Assembly: GCA_963712115.1 (NCBI GenBank)
Contig: CAVQGX010000040.1
Location: 1 to 64,000, forward strand
Origin: an uncultured delta proteobacterium
GTDB lineage: Bacteria > Desulfobacterota > Syntrophobacteria > BM002
DNA: 64,000 nt
Direction of reading: 5' to 3'
Below the pieces are notes generated by a model. It was not told the DNA's origin. It searched no databases and saw only the letters and a program-made list of their open reading frames with translations. Position 1 is the stretch's first letter. Every line of letters starts with the position of its first letter. The position numbers were made by a program, and so were the translations under genes. Positions 52,453 through 63,250 of this stretch are shown here, in pieces.

Positions 52453-53283
52453 ATGACTCAAGAATCAGATTCAACTGGGAACATTAAATCGCCACAGACA
52501 CTTATGATTAATCTATTTAGGCGCCTGTATGATGGATCAACCCGGATTATTCAAGAAAAATGGATTGGGACTATTCAAGCTGCAGCGGTGGTGAGAAGTC
52601 TCTATCTCACTTGGACTTTGAAAAAATTCATTCCCTCCAACGCACAGTACAATCTCTTAGATGCTGGCAGTGGGGAGGGAGCTCCCTTAACCATAATCCA
52701 GGCTAGACGATTTAGCAAATGCAGTTTTGTAGCTCTTGATTTATATCAAGAACACCCAGCGGGAGGAAATGCTGCTATCGCGGCAAATATCGTGTTTGTT
52801 AAGGATGACCTATTTAGATATTCAGCTAGAAAACAATTTGACATAATTTTTTGCTTAGATGTATTGGAGCATATAGAAAACTATAAAATAGTATTGGAAC
52901 TTTTTAATAAATGGACTAAGTCGGGTGGAAAATTAATCTTACATGTTCCATCAGACCATCAAGTTAGGTATTTTATCAAAAATAATATTTTATTCCGTTC
53001 AAATCAAAAACAACGGTTAGGAGATTATCATATAAGGGAAGGTTTCAATTTAAAAGAAATAATCACCGATATTATTAATGCCCATTTTGAAATAATCTAC
53101 ACTAGATACACATTTTCACCATTTACCTGGTTTTTCAAAGAGCTTTTCACAATGGGCGAGAAAAAAAACTTACCGGGAATTGGTATTATGATCTTACCAT
53201 TCATCTGGTTTAGTGCCAAGCTTGAGAGCCTTTTAAACCTCAGCAGAGGCAATGGAATTCTTATCGTGGCCAGAAAACTTTAA
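52453..53283 (+). CDS. Class I SAM methyltransferase
   Basis: LLDAGSGEG, DVLEHI, GGKLILHVP. Confidence 0.85.
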   Translation: MTQESDSTGNIKSPQTLMINLFRRLYDGSTRIIQEKWIGTIQAAAVVRSLYLTWTLKKFIPSNAQYNLLDAGSGEGAPLTIIQARRFSKCSFVALDLYQEHPAGGNAAIAANIVFVKDDLFRYSARKQFDIIFCLDVLEHIENYKIVLELFNKWTKSGGKLILHVPSDHQVRYFIKNNILFRSNQKQRLGDYHIREGFNLKEIITDIINAHFEIIYTRYTFSPFTWFFKELFTMGEKKNLPGIGIMILPFIWFSAKLESLLNLSRGNGILIVARKL

Positions 53284-53317
53284 CAAAGCTGGTGAGACTC
53301 GCATAGCAAAACTTGTA

Positions 53318-54292
53318 ATGGATCATAAGCTTTCTTCATCTATCACGGCCAATCAAAACCCCGAAAAGGAGAATCAACTCAGCAGGCTTTTCAGAAGCAT
53401 TGCAAGCCGAGCCCCGCTCCTGAAGATGGTTCCCTTTTCTAAACGTCCTCATGGTCTTAGTATCATTATGAGGGTCAAAAATGAGGTGGACTGGATTAGA
53501 CCATCTATCCTGTCAATAATAGATATCGCGGATGAAATCGTGATTGTTGATAATGGTTCAACTGATGGAACATACCAAGTCCTTGAAGAGATGGCTTCCA
53601 AGGAAAAGGGCTTGATCAGTATTTGGCAACGGCCTGATTTAGATCAGTGCTCTCTTTCCAACTTCGCCCTTGAGCAAACACGATTCCGTTGGATATTTCG
53701 ATGGGACGGGGATATGGTGGCTCATACATCAGGAGAACATGCCATTTCCGATCTTCGAGACCGTCTTTTATCTTTAGACTCCCGACATTACTATGTTATC
53801 TATCTCCGCCATATCAACCTTTCCGGAGATCTCTTCCATCAAGACTCTAGAGAAATGGTTCATATCGAAGAATATATACACATATATTCTGAGGCAGCAA
53901 GATACATCCATCCAGGGCGGTTTGAAGCCATTAAGGTTCCCAAATACTACAAGGTTCTGTTCTGGTACGAACCATATAGTTTCCATGTAAATGTCAAGCC
54001 AGCAAGGCGCATGCTTCTTCGATATTTCTGGGAAAATTGGATGGAGCTAAGAGATTATCAAAGATTTCCTACTTTAGAGGATTACGTAAGTCAGAAAATA
54101 GAAGGGGAATTTGGAACTTCATCATGGGAAGAGGCTGAGAAAATTTGTGTCCACAAAATCCTTCAGCATCACGTGCATTTTGACCAGGAAGTCTTTGGGC
54201 CTTATCCAGAATTACTGAAGGCTCTTCTCGAAAGCCAGAAATATAAGATCATATACACAGATGGGAAGATAGTCGGAAGAGAGGAAAATTGA
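53318..54292 (+). CDS. GT2 glycosyltransferase
   Basis: MRVKNE, IVDNGSTDGT, WDGD; start uncertain. Confidence 0.82.
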   Translation: MDHKLSSSITANQNPEKENQLSRLFRSIASRAPLLKMVPFSKRPHGLSIIMRVKNEVDWIRPSILSIIDIADEIVIVDNGSTDGTYQVLEEMASKEKGLISIWQRPDLDQCSLSNFALEQTRFRWIFRWDGDMVAHTSGEHAISDLRDRLLSLDSRHYYVIYLRHINLSGDLFHQDSREMVHIEEYIHIYSEAARYIHPGRFEAIKVPKYYKVLFWYEPYSFHVNVKPARRMLLRYFWENWMELRDYQRFPTLEDYVSQKIEGEFGTSSWEEAEKICVHKILQHHVHFDQEVFGPYPELLKALLESQKYKIIYTDGKIVGREEN

Positions 54293-55428
54293 ATTCCGCT
54301 GCAAACAAGAGGGCAATTCTTTTCGTCATCGATGGCCTGGAGTTTGGGGGAGGAGAACGGCTCTTTCTGCAATTAGCCTCAAAGCTGAGAGATCGCTACC
54401 ACTTTTTTGTGGCAACAGGCAGTGGGGGGAAGTTTGCCCATGAGTTAAGAAATTTGGACATAGAGGTATTTTCCCTAAACATGACCCGACAACTGGCTCT
54501 TAAGCCATTCTATCAGATTAGAGATATTATCAGGCGTAGGGAAATCAAATTGGTGCATAGCCAAGGCGCACGAGCAGATTTTTTTAGCAGGATCGCGGGT
54601 AGAAGGGCCAGAGTGCCTCATATCGTATCCACAATACAAATGCCAGTGGAAGGATTTGAGGTTGGCTTTTTGCGGAGGATGATCTATAGGCTCATGGATC
54701 AGTTTTCGGGGCGATACGTCGATCGTTTCATAGTGGTCTCAGAATCTTTGAGGAAAACCTTAACTGAGGGGCGTGGGATCTCCGATGACCGGGTCGTAAA
54801 AATATACAATGGCATCGAACTTGATCAATTTCACCCCGATCTGAAGCGCTCAAACCTGAGGAAGCAATGGGGTATCACTACAGAGGAACCCATCATCGGT
54901 GCTATTGGTAGATTGGTCTGGCAAAAGGGATTCGAGTATCTAATTGAGGCGATGCCAGAAATTTTACAGGATATTTCCCAAGCGAAGCTTCTATTAGTAG
55001 GGGAAGGGCCACTGCGCCATGAACTAGAAGTTTTAGCTCGGGAGCTAGGTGTATATACGAGAGTGATCTTCGCCGGTTTTCGCTCAGATATTCAGGACCT
55101 CCTTTCCATTATAGACATTCTTTCTGTTCCTTCTCTCTTGGAAGGCTTTCCAATGATAACCCTTGAAGCCATGGCCATGGCGAAACCTATTGTCGCCACT
55201 CAAATCGAAGGTATTGTTGAACAAATATCGGACAACGACGAAGGGATTCTTGTGCCACCAAAAGACACCGAGGCTCTAGCATCAGCTATCCTGAAACTTA
55301 TTAAGGACAGAGAACTTGGGAATCGGCTGGGAGTAGCTGCGAGAAGTAAAATCGAACGCTGCTTCTCGGTTGACAAAATGGTTAAAGAAACAGAAATGGT
55401 TTATCTTTCTCTCCTTGAATCGACCTAG
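54289..55428 (+). CDS. GT4 glycosyltransferase
   Basis: GGGER, QKGF, EGFPMITLEAMA. Confidence 0.9.
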   Translation: MNSAANKRAILFVIDGLEFGGGERLFLQLASKLRDRYHFFVATGSGGKFAHELRNLDIEVFSLNMTRQLALKPFYQIRDIIRRREIKLVHSQGARADFFSRIAGRRARVPHIVSTIQMPVEGFEVGFLRRMIYRLMDQFSGRYVDRFIVVSESLRKTLTEGRGISDDRVVKIYNGIELDQFHPDLKRSNLRKQWGITTEEPIIGAIGRLVWQKGFEYLIEAMPEILQDISQAKLLLVGEGPLRHELEVLARELGVYTRVIFAGFRSDIQDLLSIIDILSVPSLLEGFPMITLEAMAMAKPIVATQIEGIVEQISDNDEGILVPPKDTEALASAILKLIKDRELGNRLGVAARSKIERCFSVDKMVKETEMVYLSLLEST

Positions 55429-55429
55429 A

Positions 55430-56281
55430 ATGAAAACGTGTCCCTATTGCGGTAAATCAGGGAATTTGTATCTTGCGATGACATCCAGAAGTTACTACCG
55501 GTGTCTCGGCTGCGATCTTATCTTTAGGGATATCTCAGAGTCCCATGATGATGTGGTCGCCACTTACCGTGATGATTATTTCAGCGACTATTCCACCGAT
55601 CAGTTAGGAGGACAACGGGTAAGGTTATTTGATCACATATTAGATTTATTGGCAAAACATGGTGAAGCGGGAAGATTACTTGACGTAGGCACCGGCTGTG
55701 GCCTTTTTCTGGTCGCTGCGCAGAAACGACAATGGGAAGTTAAAGGAGTTGAACCCTCAATGCAATCAGTCGAAGTGGCTCGTCGCCAGAATGGTCTCGA
55801 TGTCTTTACTGGCACTCTTCAAGAATATGCCGAAAACAGCAGATTTGATGTGGTCACCTTTATCAACGTCCTTGACCATTCATCTCTGCCATGGTTTGAA
55901 ATCAGACGGGCCAGCCAGCTTCTTCGACCGGGAGGTCTAATTTACCTCCGCTTCCCCAACGGTTTGCTCCACAGCCGAATCTACCGTTTGGCCCACAAAT
56001 GGAACTTTAGCTATCTGCTGCGCAGATTTCTGGTATTTCACGTGTATTCCTTTACACCAGGATACATCAGGGGGCTTTTGCGCGATCATGGCTTTATCCA
56101 GTCCACCATTCAAAACTCTCCTCCCTCGGAAGGGGATCCCTATGAGCTTTTTCGAGACCCAAGCTTTGCAACTTACGTCAAACGACTCATCTATTTAATT
56201 GCCAAATGTACTGAAACCATCAGCTGTAGACGATTGCTCTTGGGTACGTCACTGGAAGTCACGGCGCTAAAGCCAAATTAA
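55430..56281 (+). CDS. Zn-ribbon class I SAM methyltransferase
   Basis: CPYC...C.GC, LLDVGTGCG, GVEPS. Confidence 0.85.
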   Translation: MKTCPYCGKSGNLYLAMTSRSYYRCLGCDLIFRDISESHDDVVATYRDDYFSDYSTDQLGGQRVRLFDHILDLLAKHGEAGRLLDVGTGCGLFLVAAQKRQWEVKGVEPSMQSVEVARRQNGLDVFTGTLQEYAENSRFDVVTFINVLDHSSLPWFEIRRASQLLRPGGLIYLRFPNGLLHSRIYRLAHKWNFSYLLRRFLVFHVYSFTPGYIRGLLRDHGFIQSTIQNSPPSEGDPYELFRDPSFATYVKRLIYLIAKCTETISCRRLLLGTSLEVTALKPN

Positions 56282-56430
56282 CTTTACGCCCGCTGACCGA
56301 ATATACGTTCAACATCTCAGAGTAACCTCATGATTTGTGGCTTCCTGCTAACGCAAACCCAAATTACAGATTGCTTACTAGAAAGCGGAGAGCTAGACCA
56401 AAATAGCCTCGGCAAGATTGGGCTCAGCCA

Positions 56431-57657
56431 TTGGACCAATCCTTGAACATCCTTCTCGTTGCAGACGTAACCATAGCTAGAATCATTGGTGGAGCCGAGC
56501 GGGTGTTGTATGAGGAAAGTACCCGTCTCGCCAAAAAAGGGCATGCCGTCCGCGTCCTAACCCGCAAGTTACCTTATCATAAAGCCGATGTGGAAAATAT
56601 TAATGAAGTTGAAGAGCATCGATATAATTTCGAGGAGAAGCTCTTTCCATTCTTTTTCAAATCTATCATGTCTGATTGCAGAAGGACATTTCGCTCTCTG
56701 GAAGAAAATATCTCCTTTGACATCATAAATTTCCACCAACCATTTTCTGCAATAGGTGTCCTCTCTTTAATCGGCAGTCGCAGGGTTCCTTACATTTATA
56801 CATGCCACTCCCTGTCATTCGAGGAGTACATTAGCCGATCATCTTCCCCTGGTAATCCTATAAAGTGGATACTTCACCACTTACAAATTAGCGCCAGAAA
56901 ATCCATTGAGCGAACGGTCCTGAAGAGATCTGATCAGATCGTAGTTTTGAGCGAATACACCCGGGAGAAACTTCAGCGAACATATGAGTTGCCATCTTCG
57001 AAGGTAAGTGTAATTCCGGGGGGGGTTGATCTCGAGCGCTTTAGACCATCTACTGACAAGGCTCAAGTTCGGGCTCGCATTGGTTTACCAGAGGACAAAT
57101 TCATTCTCTTTACGGTCAGAAACCTTGTCCCGCGCATGGGCTTGGAGAACCTCATCTCAGCCTTCGAAATTGTTCAAAATGGTCGCCCAGACCTCTTACT
57201 GGTGATTGGAGGTGCCGGCCCGTTAGAACCTTCACTCAAGGAACAAGCCAGGAGATGCGGAGTAGAGGACTTTGTCCGATTTGCCGGTTACATTCCTGAC
57301 GAAGACTTGCCATCTTATTACCAGATGGCAGACCTTTTCATTCTCCCCACAACCGAATTGGAAGGATTCGGCCTGGTCACCGTAGAGGCACTGGCCTCTG
57401 GTCTGCCCGTGCTTGGTACCCCGGTTGGAGGAACCAAAGAAATCCTAACCAAACTTGGATCGGATTATTTATTCGATGATTCAACTCCCCAGTCGATTGC
57501 CAACGGCATACTTAAATCCCTGAATGGTTGGGCCACAAATCAGGCAGCCTATAAGAACATCTCTGAGACTTGCCGGAAGGTTGCCGAACATCACTATTCC
57601 TGGGACAACCATGTGAGCAAGTTGGAAGATCTCTTCTATTCCATGTTAGGTAATTAA
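56431..57657 (+). CDS. GT4 glycosyltransferase
   Basis: GGAER, EGFGLVTVEALASG. Confidence 0.9.
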   Translation: MDQSLNILLVADVTIARIIGGAERVLYEESTRLAKKGHAVRVLTRKLPYHKADVENINEVEEHRYNFEEKLFPFFFKSIMSDCRRTFRSLEENISFDIINFHQPFSAIGVLSLIGSRRVPYIYTCHSLSFEEYISRSSSPGNPIKWILHHLQISARKSIERTVLKRSDQIVVLSEYTREKLQRTYELPSSKVSVIPGGVDLERFRPSTDKAQVRARIGLPEDKFILFTVRNLVPRMGLENLISAFEIVQNGRPDLLLVIGGAGPLEPSLKEQARRCGVEDFVRFAGYIPDEDLPSYYQMADLFILPTTELEGFGLVTVEALASGLPVLGTPVGGTKEILTKLGSDYLFDDSTPQSIANGILKSLNGWATNQAAYKNISETCRKVAEHHYSWDNHVSKLEDLFYSMLGN

Positions 57658-57663
57658 AAACCT

Positions 57664-59581
57664 ATGTGTGGCATTTGCGGTAAGATCTCCCTGAAAAGTG
57701 AGACCATCTCATCCGATCTGATCTTCAGGATGATGTCTTCCCTGGCCCATCGAGGTCCTGATGATGAGGGATCCTATATTAAGAGTGTAAGGACCAACGG
57801 TGGCTCAAACCTCACTCTAGGCCTCGGTCATAAAAGACTGAGCATCATTGATCTTTCGCCGGACGGCAGACAGCCCCTAACAAACGAGGACGAAAGTCTT
57901 TGGTTAATTTTCAACGGTGAGATTTACAATCACCCTACCCTGCGCCAAGAGTTGATGGCCCGGGGTCATCTTTTCAGGTCCCAGACGGATTCTGAAGTCA
58001 TCCTTCACCTTTACGAGGAAAAGGGTATCGATGCACTCCAGGACTTCAACGGCATGTTTGCCTTTGCTCTTTGGGATGAAGCCAAACAAAGGCTTTATCT
58101 TTGTCGTGACCGCTTGGGAATAAAACCCCTGGTCTATTTCCAAGATAACGCTTCTCTCGTTTTCGCTTCCGAAATTCAGGCGTTGCTGCAAGACAAGAGC
58201 ATCCCCAGGGAACTGGACTGGGAGGCCCTGAGACTCTACCTTACATTCAACTATGTGCCGGCCCCTTTAACCATATATCAAGGAATAAGTAAGCTACTGC
58301 CCGGACATTATCTCCTTTGGGAAAAGGGCAGCGTTTCCACCCATCAATACTGGGACATTCCCTCGAATGACCAATCAAATTCCTCCGACGATTTTCATCA
58401 GCACAGCCAGAACACTCCGGCAGACACTCGAGGACGCCGTCAAACTCAGAATGATTGCCGACGTTCCCCTGGGGGCATTCCTGAGTGGTGGTGTGGATTC
58501 CAGTATTATTGTGGCACTCATGGCCAGAAACTCTGCAAACCAGGTCAAAACCTTCAACATCAGCTATCCAGACTTGCCCGTGTACGATGAGAGCAGCTAC
58601 GCCCGCGAAGTAGCTGCCATGTACAACACCGATCATCATGAAATCAGGCTCAATTCAAATGAAATACTTCAAATTATCCCTGAAGCTCTTTCCTCATTAG
58701 GAGAGCCATTTGCCGACTCATCCATGCTGCCAACCTTTGTGGTCTCAAGGGAAACGAGAAAAGATGTGACCGTTGCGCTGGCCGGTGATGGTGGCGATGA
58801 ACTCTTTGCCGGCTATCGGTTATATCTTGGGGAGACCTTCTTTAAATACTATGACTATTTTCCACAATGGTTCAGGAGGTACGGTCTTGAAAGTTGGATT
58901 TCTCTTCTGCCAGACTCTCGCAACATAAAGTGGTTGGAATATGTCCGGAGGGTAAAGAAGTTTATCCGTGGTGCCCGGGGTGACCTTATTAACCGTTTAT
59001 TCCTGTGGAGAGAAGTGTTCTCGGACGAATTAATAACTGCCCTTTTGAATGGGGAGCCAAAATCCCATGAATCAGAGTCTGGTGAATCCTGGCTGAGAGC
59101 AATTGACCGGTGGCCCGAAGACGACCTCAATCGTCTGCTCTACGTGGAAGTCAAAGACTCCCTCCCCTGCGACATGCTCACCAAGGTGGATTTGATGAGC
59201 ATGAAAAAAGCTCTCGAGGTTCGTGTTCCTTTTCTGGATCACCGGGTAGTTGAGCTGGCTTTTCGGATACCGGGCTCTATGAAATTAAGGGGTTTAAAGA
59301 GAAAATACATCCTAGTGGAGACCTTCAAAGATCTCCTCCCCCCTAGCCTGCTGCACCGTCCGAAACAAGGCTTTGAAGTGCCTATCAGCGCCTGGTTAAA
59401 AAAGGATTTGAACCATATGCTAGAGGAATACCTCTCACCTCAATTGCTAAAAGACCAGGGCATCTTTAGCTCAAAAGTGGTCGAGGGTTTGAAAAGGGAT
59501 CTTATGCTAAATCGCCGAGACACTTCGTGGCTTCTGTGGAATCTCATCGTTTTCCAGCACTGGTATTCAGGTCAAAAGTGA
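57664..59581 (+). CDS. asnB: Asparagine synthase (glutamine-hydrolysing)-like amidotransferase (frameshift ~58390)
   Basis: N-terminal MCGI, HRGPD, FNGEIYN; FLSGGVDSS, GDGGDELFAGY, EVRVPFLD, KQGF. Confidence 0.88.
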
Positions 59582-60842
59582 ACAAGCATATTAAAGTCAT
59601 CCACATAATCACCCGCCTGGACATGGGCGGCTCCGCGCAGAATACTCTGCTTACGGCTTTGAACCATGATCCCCAGCGTTACAGTGTCTGTCTGATCAAG
59701 GGCTCATCGCACGAATCTGCCATGACCGAGGCGGAGACTCAACTCGTAAACGAGCAATTGGCAGACTGCCAAGAAAACAGGGCATCGAAATCATTGATCT
59801 TCCCTCACTGGTTCGACGCATTTCATCCTTTAAATGACATTGAAGGCTTTCGTCTCCATTTTTCGATCTTCTCCGCAGATCGAAGCCGGACATCGTTCAT
59901 ACCCACACCTCAAAGGCTGGAATACTGGGTAGGTTGGCTGCCTGGATGGCCCGGGTTCCCATCATCATTCACACCCCCCACGGACACGTTTTTTACGGTC
60001 ATTTCGGCAGGTCGCTGTCCAGGATATTTCTTCAGATGGAAAAACTGCTTGGCAGAATCACTCATCATCAAATTGCCCTCACTCCGGAAGAATGCAATGA
60101 CTATCTGAGTTTGAGCGTGTCAAAACCCAGCAACACCACCGTTATCCACAGCGGAGTGGATGTCCATCGATTCATTGAGGGAGCCAAACAGCGTCCCAGA
60201 AAGAGAAAGGAGTTAGGCATCCCAGCCGATTCGCTCGTGATAGGGTACGTGGGCTGGCTCATCCCAATTAAAGGAGTCACCTATTTGGTGAGTGCCATGG
60301 CAAAAGTCGCAGAAAAATACCCGAAAAGTCTATTAGTCCTGGTTGGCAAGGGAGATGACAAGGGTGAGGAGGAAGTTCATTTAAGAAAGCAAGTAGAAAA
60401 TCTAGGCCTAGCTGACAAGGTACATTTTTTGGGCTGGCGCTCTGATGTGGATGAGATCATGGGCTGTTTCGACATTTTCGTTTTACCATCTCTGAATGAG
60501 GGTATGGGCAGGGTTTTGGTGGAGGCCATGGCAGCAGGTTTGCCCATTGTGGCCAGCCGGGTCGGCGGCATTCCTGACCTGGTAAAAGATGGCAAAAATG
60601 GCCTTCTCGTTCCTCCTGCGGATGCTCCTGCCCTGGCAAAAGCCATTTCCGACCTCCTCAAAGACAAGGAAAAACGGAACCGGATGGGAGAAGCCGGCAA
60701 GAAGATGTGCCGTCCTTACAGCGCTGAGGCGATGGTGGAGCAAATCGATGATCTATACAAAGAGCTTTTAAAAAAGTACACCCACAACCGAGATTCTCGG
60801 GTCCGATTTTTGCTAGATAAACACAGCGAAGAGCTCAAATGA
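59578..60842 (+). CDS. GT4 glycosyltransferase (frameshifts ~59765-59880)
   Basis: HIITRLDMGGSAQNT; HTPHGHVF; EGMGRVLVEAMA. Confidence 0.82.
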
Positions 60843-60861
60843 TCGAGGAGTTACAGTTTCC

Positions 60862-61548
60862 ATGACGGTGGTCGCCATCCATCAGCCGCAGTATCTCCCC
60901 TGGCTGGGCTATTTCGACAAGTTGGACCGCTGTGATGTCTTCTGCTTATTGGATACAGTTCAGTACAAGAAAAACGAATTCCAAAACCGTAACCGGATCA
61001 AAACTGCTGATGGCTGGCAATGGCTCACCGTTCCCGTGACCTATCGTTTTCCTCAGCGAATTAATGAGGTGGGAGTTAATCAAACGGTGGACTGGCAGCG
61101 GAAACATCTGGAGGCCTTAAAAACCAACTACAGTAAGGCCCCATTTTTTGACACCTATTATGCAAGCTTTGACAAGTTCTACCAGAAGTCCTATGAGATG
61201 ATAGTAGACGTCAATGTGGCATCTATCGATCTACTAGTGCAGCTTTTGGGGCTCGAGGGGAAGTTGGTCTTGGCCTCATCGCTTCAGGTGGAAACAGAAG
61301 ACCCTACTCTCCGTCTAGTGGAAATTTGCAAGATCCTGGGGGGAGATTTTTATCTTAGTGGCAGAGACGGTGCCAAGTACATGGATGTTGATATGTTCCA
61401 GAATCACAAAATCGAGGTCCTCTTTCAGAATTTCAAACACCCACAATATCCGCAGTGCTACGCGCCATTTGAACCTAATATGTCTGTTGTAGATCTTCTA
61501 TTCAACTGTGGCCCGGAGAGTTTGGCCATCATCAGAGAGGCAGAATAA
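60862..61548 (+). CDS. WbqC-like protein
   Basis: AIHQPQYLPWLGYF, NRNRIK, NYSKAPFF, YLSG, SVVDLLFN.G. Confidence 0.88.
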   Translation: MTVVAIHQPQYLPWLGYFDKLDRCDVFCLLDTVQYKKNEFQNRNRIKTADGWQWLTVPVTYRFPQRINEVGVNQTVDWQRKHLEALKTNYSKAPFFDTYYASFDKFYQKSYEMIVDVNVASIDLLVQLLGLEGKLVLASSLQVETEDPTLRLVEICKILGGDFYLSGRDGAKYMDVDMFQNHKIEVLFQNFKHPQYPQCYAPFEPNMSVVDLLFNCGPESLAIIREAE

Positions 61549-62175
61549 ATGATCAAACGTATGAACATCTTGGCAATCGGAGCACATCCCGATGACATCG
61601 AGTATGGTTGTGCTGCAACGCTGATCAAATATGCCGAACGAGATCACCGCATTCACCTCATGGTCCTTACTAAGGGTGAAGAGGGAGGCGAAAGCGAGGT
61701 ACGCCATGAGGAGCAGCTTGCAGCGGCCGAAATTATTGGGGCCAAGCAGGTTTTCTGGGGAGGGTATCGTGACACCCAGATGCCTCTCAATAAAGAACTG
61801 ATCGACAAGATTGAAGAGGTACTTGTGGATGTAGAACCGGATCTTATTCTCGTCAACTACGGGGACGACACCCACCAGGATCATCGCGTTCTCACCGAAG
61901 CCACCATGTCTGCCACCAGGTATGTTCGCAATGTCCTCTTTTTTGAGGTCCCCACCACCCAGAACTTCAACCCCCAGGTCTTTGTTGACATCTCCGACAC
62001 TCTGGAACGCAAATTTCAGGTTCTAAAGGCACATGAATCTCAGGTTATGAAGACCAACATCGAGAACATGTCCATTGTTGAACTCGCAAGCGCAAACGCC
62101 ACTTTCAGGGGAATACAAGGCAGGGTAAAATTCGCTGAAGCTTTTGCCCCTTTGCGACTCTTCATAAATATCTGA
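61549..62175 (+). CDS. PIG-L family deacetylase
   Basis: AIGAHPDDIE, DTHQDH, AHESQ. Confidence 0.88.
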   Translation: MIKRMNILAIGAHPDDIEYGCAATLIKYAERDHRIHLMVLTKGEEGGESEVRHEEQLAAAEIIGAKQVFWGGYRDTQMPLNKELIDKIEEVLVDVEPDLILVNYGDDTHQDHRVLTEATMSATRYVRNVLFFEVPTTQNFNPQVFVDISDTLERKFQVLKAHESQVMKTNIENMSIVELASANATFRGIQGRVKFAEAFAPLRLFINI

Positions 62176-62188
62176 TCTGGCAGGTGCA

Positions 62189-63250
62189 GTGGAACGAAAC
62201 GTGACCATCACTCATTCCCGCCCTTCTCTGGACGATGAGGAAATCCGCCTTCTTCAAAATGTCCTTACCTCCGGCCAACTCGCCCAAGGCCCACAAGTAA
62301 GAGGTTTTGAAGAGGAACTGGGAACTTTTCATGGACTTCCCCCTGGAGTTGCCACCTCATCGGGCACGGCCGCTATCCATGTGGCTCTACTCTCCTTGGG
62401 AGTTGGCCAGGGTGACGAGGTCCTCCTGCCCTCTTATGTGTGCTCCGCCCCTCTGCATGCCGTTTATCACTCTGGAGCGACACCGGTGCTGGTTGATGTA
62501 GATCCGGTAACCGGCAATATGGATCCCAATGATCTCAAAAGACGGCTTACCCCCAAATCTAAGGCGATCATTGTGGTTCATCTCTTTGGATTGCCTGCAA
62601 ACCTTGGGGAGATATCGACTCATGGTCTTCCAGTGATCGAAGATTGCGCTCAGGCATTAGGGGCAGAATTAGGCAGTGAAAAGGTTGGGACTCTCGGTAA
62701 CTTGGCCATATGCTCATTCTATGCAACCAAGATCATCACCACCGGAGAAGGAGGAATGCTCCTTTCCCAAGACCTCGCTCTACTGGAAAGAGCAAGAGAT
62801 CTCAGGGATTACGACAAAAAGAAAGATTTCAAGGTGCGCTTTAATTACAAAATGACAGATCTTCAGGCGGCATTGGGTCGCAGTCAACTACAAAAACTTG
62901 AAAGATTCTTGGGCCAGAGAGAAGCATTGGCCGGAGCTTACAACAAACAACTGGCAACGCTTCCTTGCACTCTACCTCCATCACAAGAAGGGAGAATCTA
63001 TTATCGGTATGTAGTCTCGAGTCAGGGAAATGTCAGGGAACTGATCCAAAAACTATTGAATATGGGCATAGAGGTTGCAAGACCGGTTTACCGACCACTA
63101 CACCGATACTTTAAACTGGAAGATTATCCCGGTGCTGAGATGGCCTGGAAGTCTCATATATCACTGCCAATCCATCCATCCCTCACGTCTCAGGATGTGC
63201 ATCGAGTGTGCCAGGCTTTGCATCAGGTTTTGAAGGAGAATTCTCAGTGA
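62189..63250 (+). CDS. DegT/DnrJ/EryC1/StrS sugar aminotransferase
   Basis: SSGTAA, IEDCAQ, SFYATKIITTGEGG. Confidence 0.9.
   Translation: MERNVTITHSRPSLDDEEIRLLQNVLTSGQLAQGPQVRGFEEELGTFHGLPPGVATSSGTAAIHVALLSLGVGQGDEVLLPSYVCSAPLHAVYHSGATPVLVDVDPVTGNMDPNDLKRRLTPKSKAIIVVHLFGLPANLGEISTHGLPVIEDCAQALGAELGSEKVGTLGNLAICSFYATKIITTGEGGMLLSQDLALLERARDLRDYDKKKDFKVRFNYKMTDLQAALGRSQLQKLERFLGQREALAGAYNKQLATLPCTLPPSQEGRIYYRYVVSSQGNVRELIQKLLNMGIEVARPVYRPLHRYFKLEDYPGAEMAWKSHISLPIHPSLTSQDVHRVCQALHQVLKENSQ

Noticed and set aside
57664-59581. Lasso cyclase for the YxxP-leader precursors
   Set aside because: It has an intact N-terminal Cys glutaminase domain (MCGI), lies among glycosyltransferases 30 kb away, and no B2 transglutaminase-like protease is present; it is an ordinary EPS amidotransferase.
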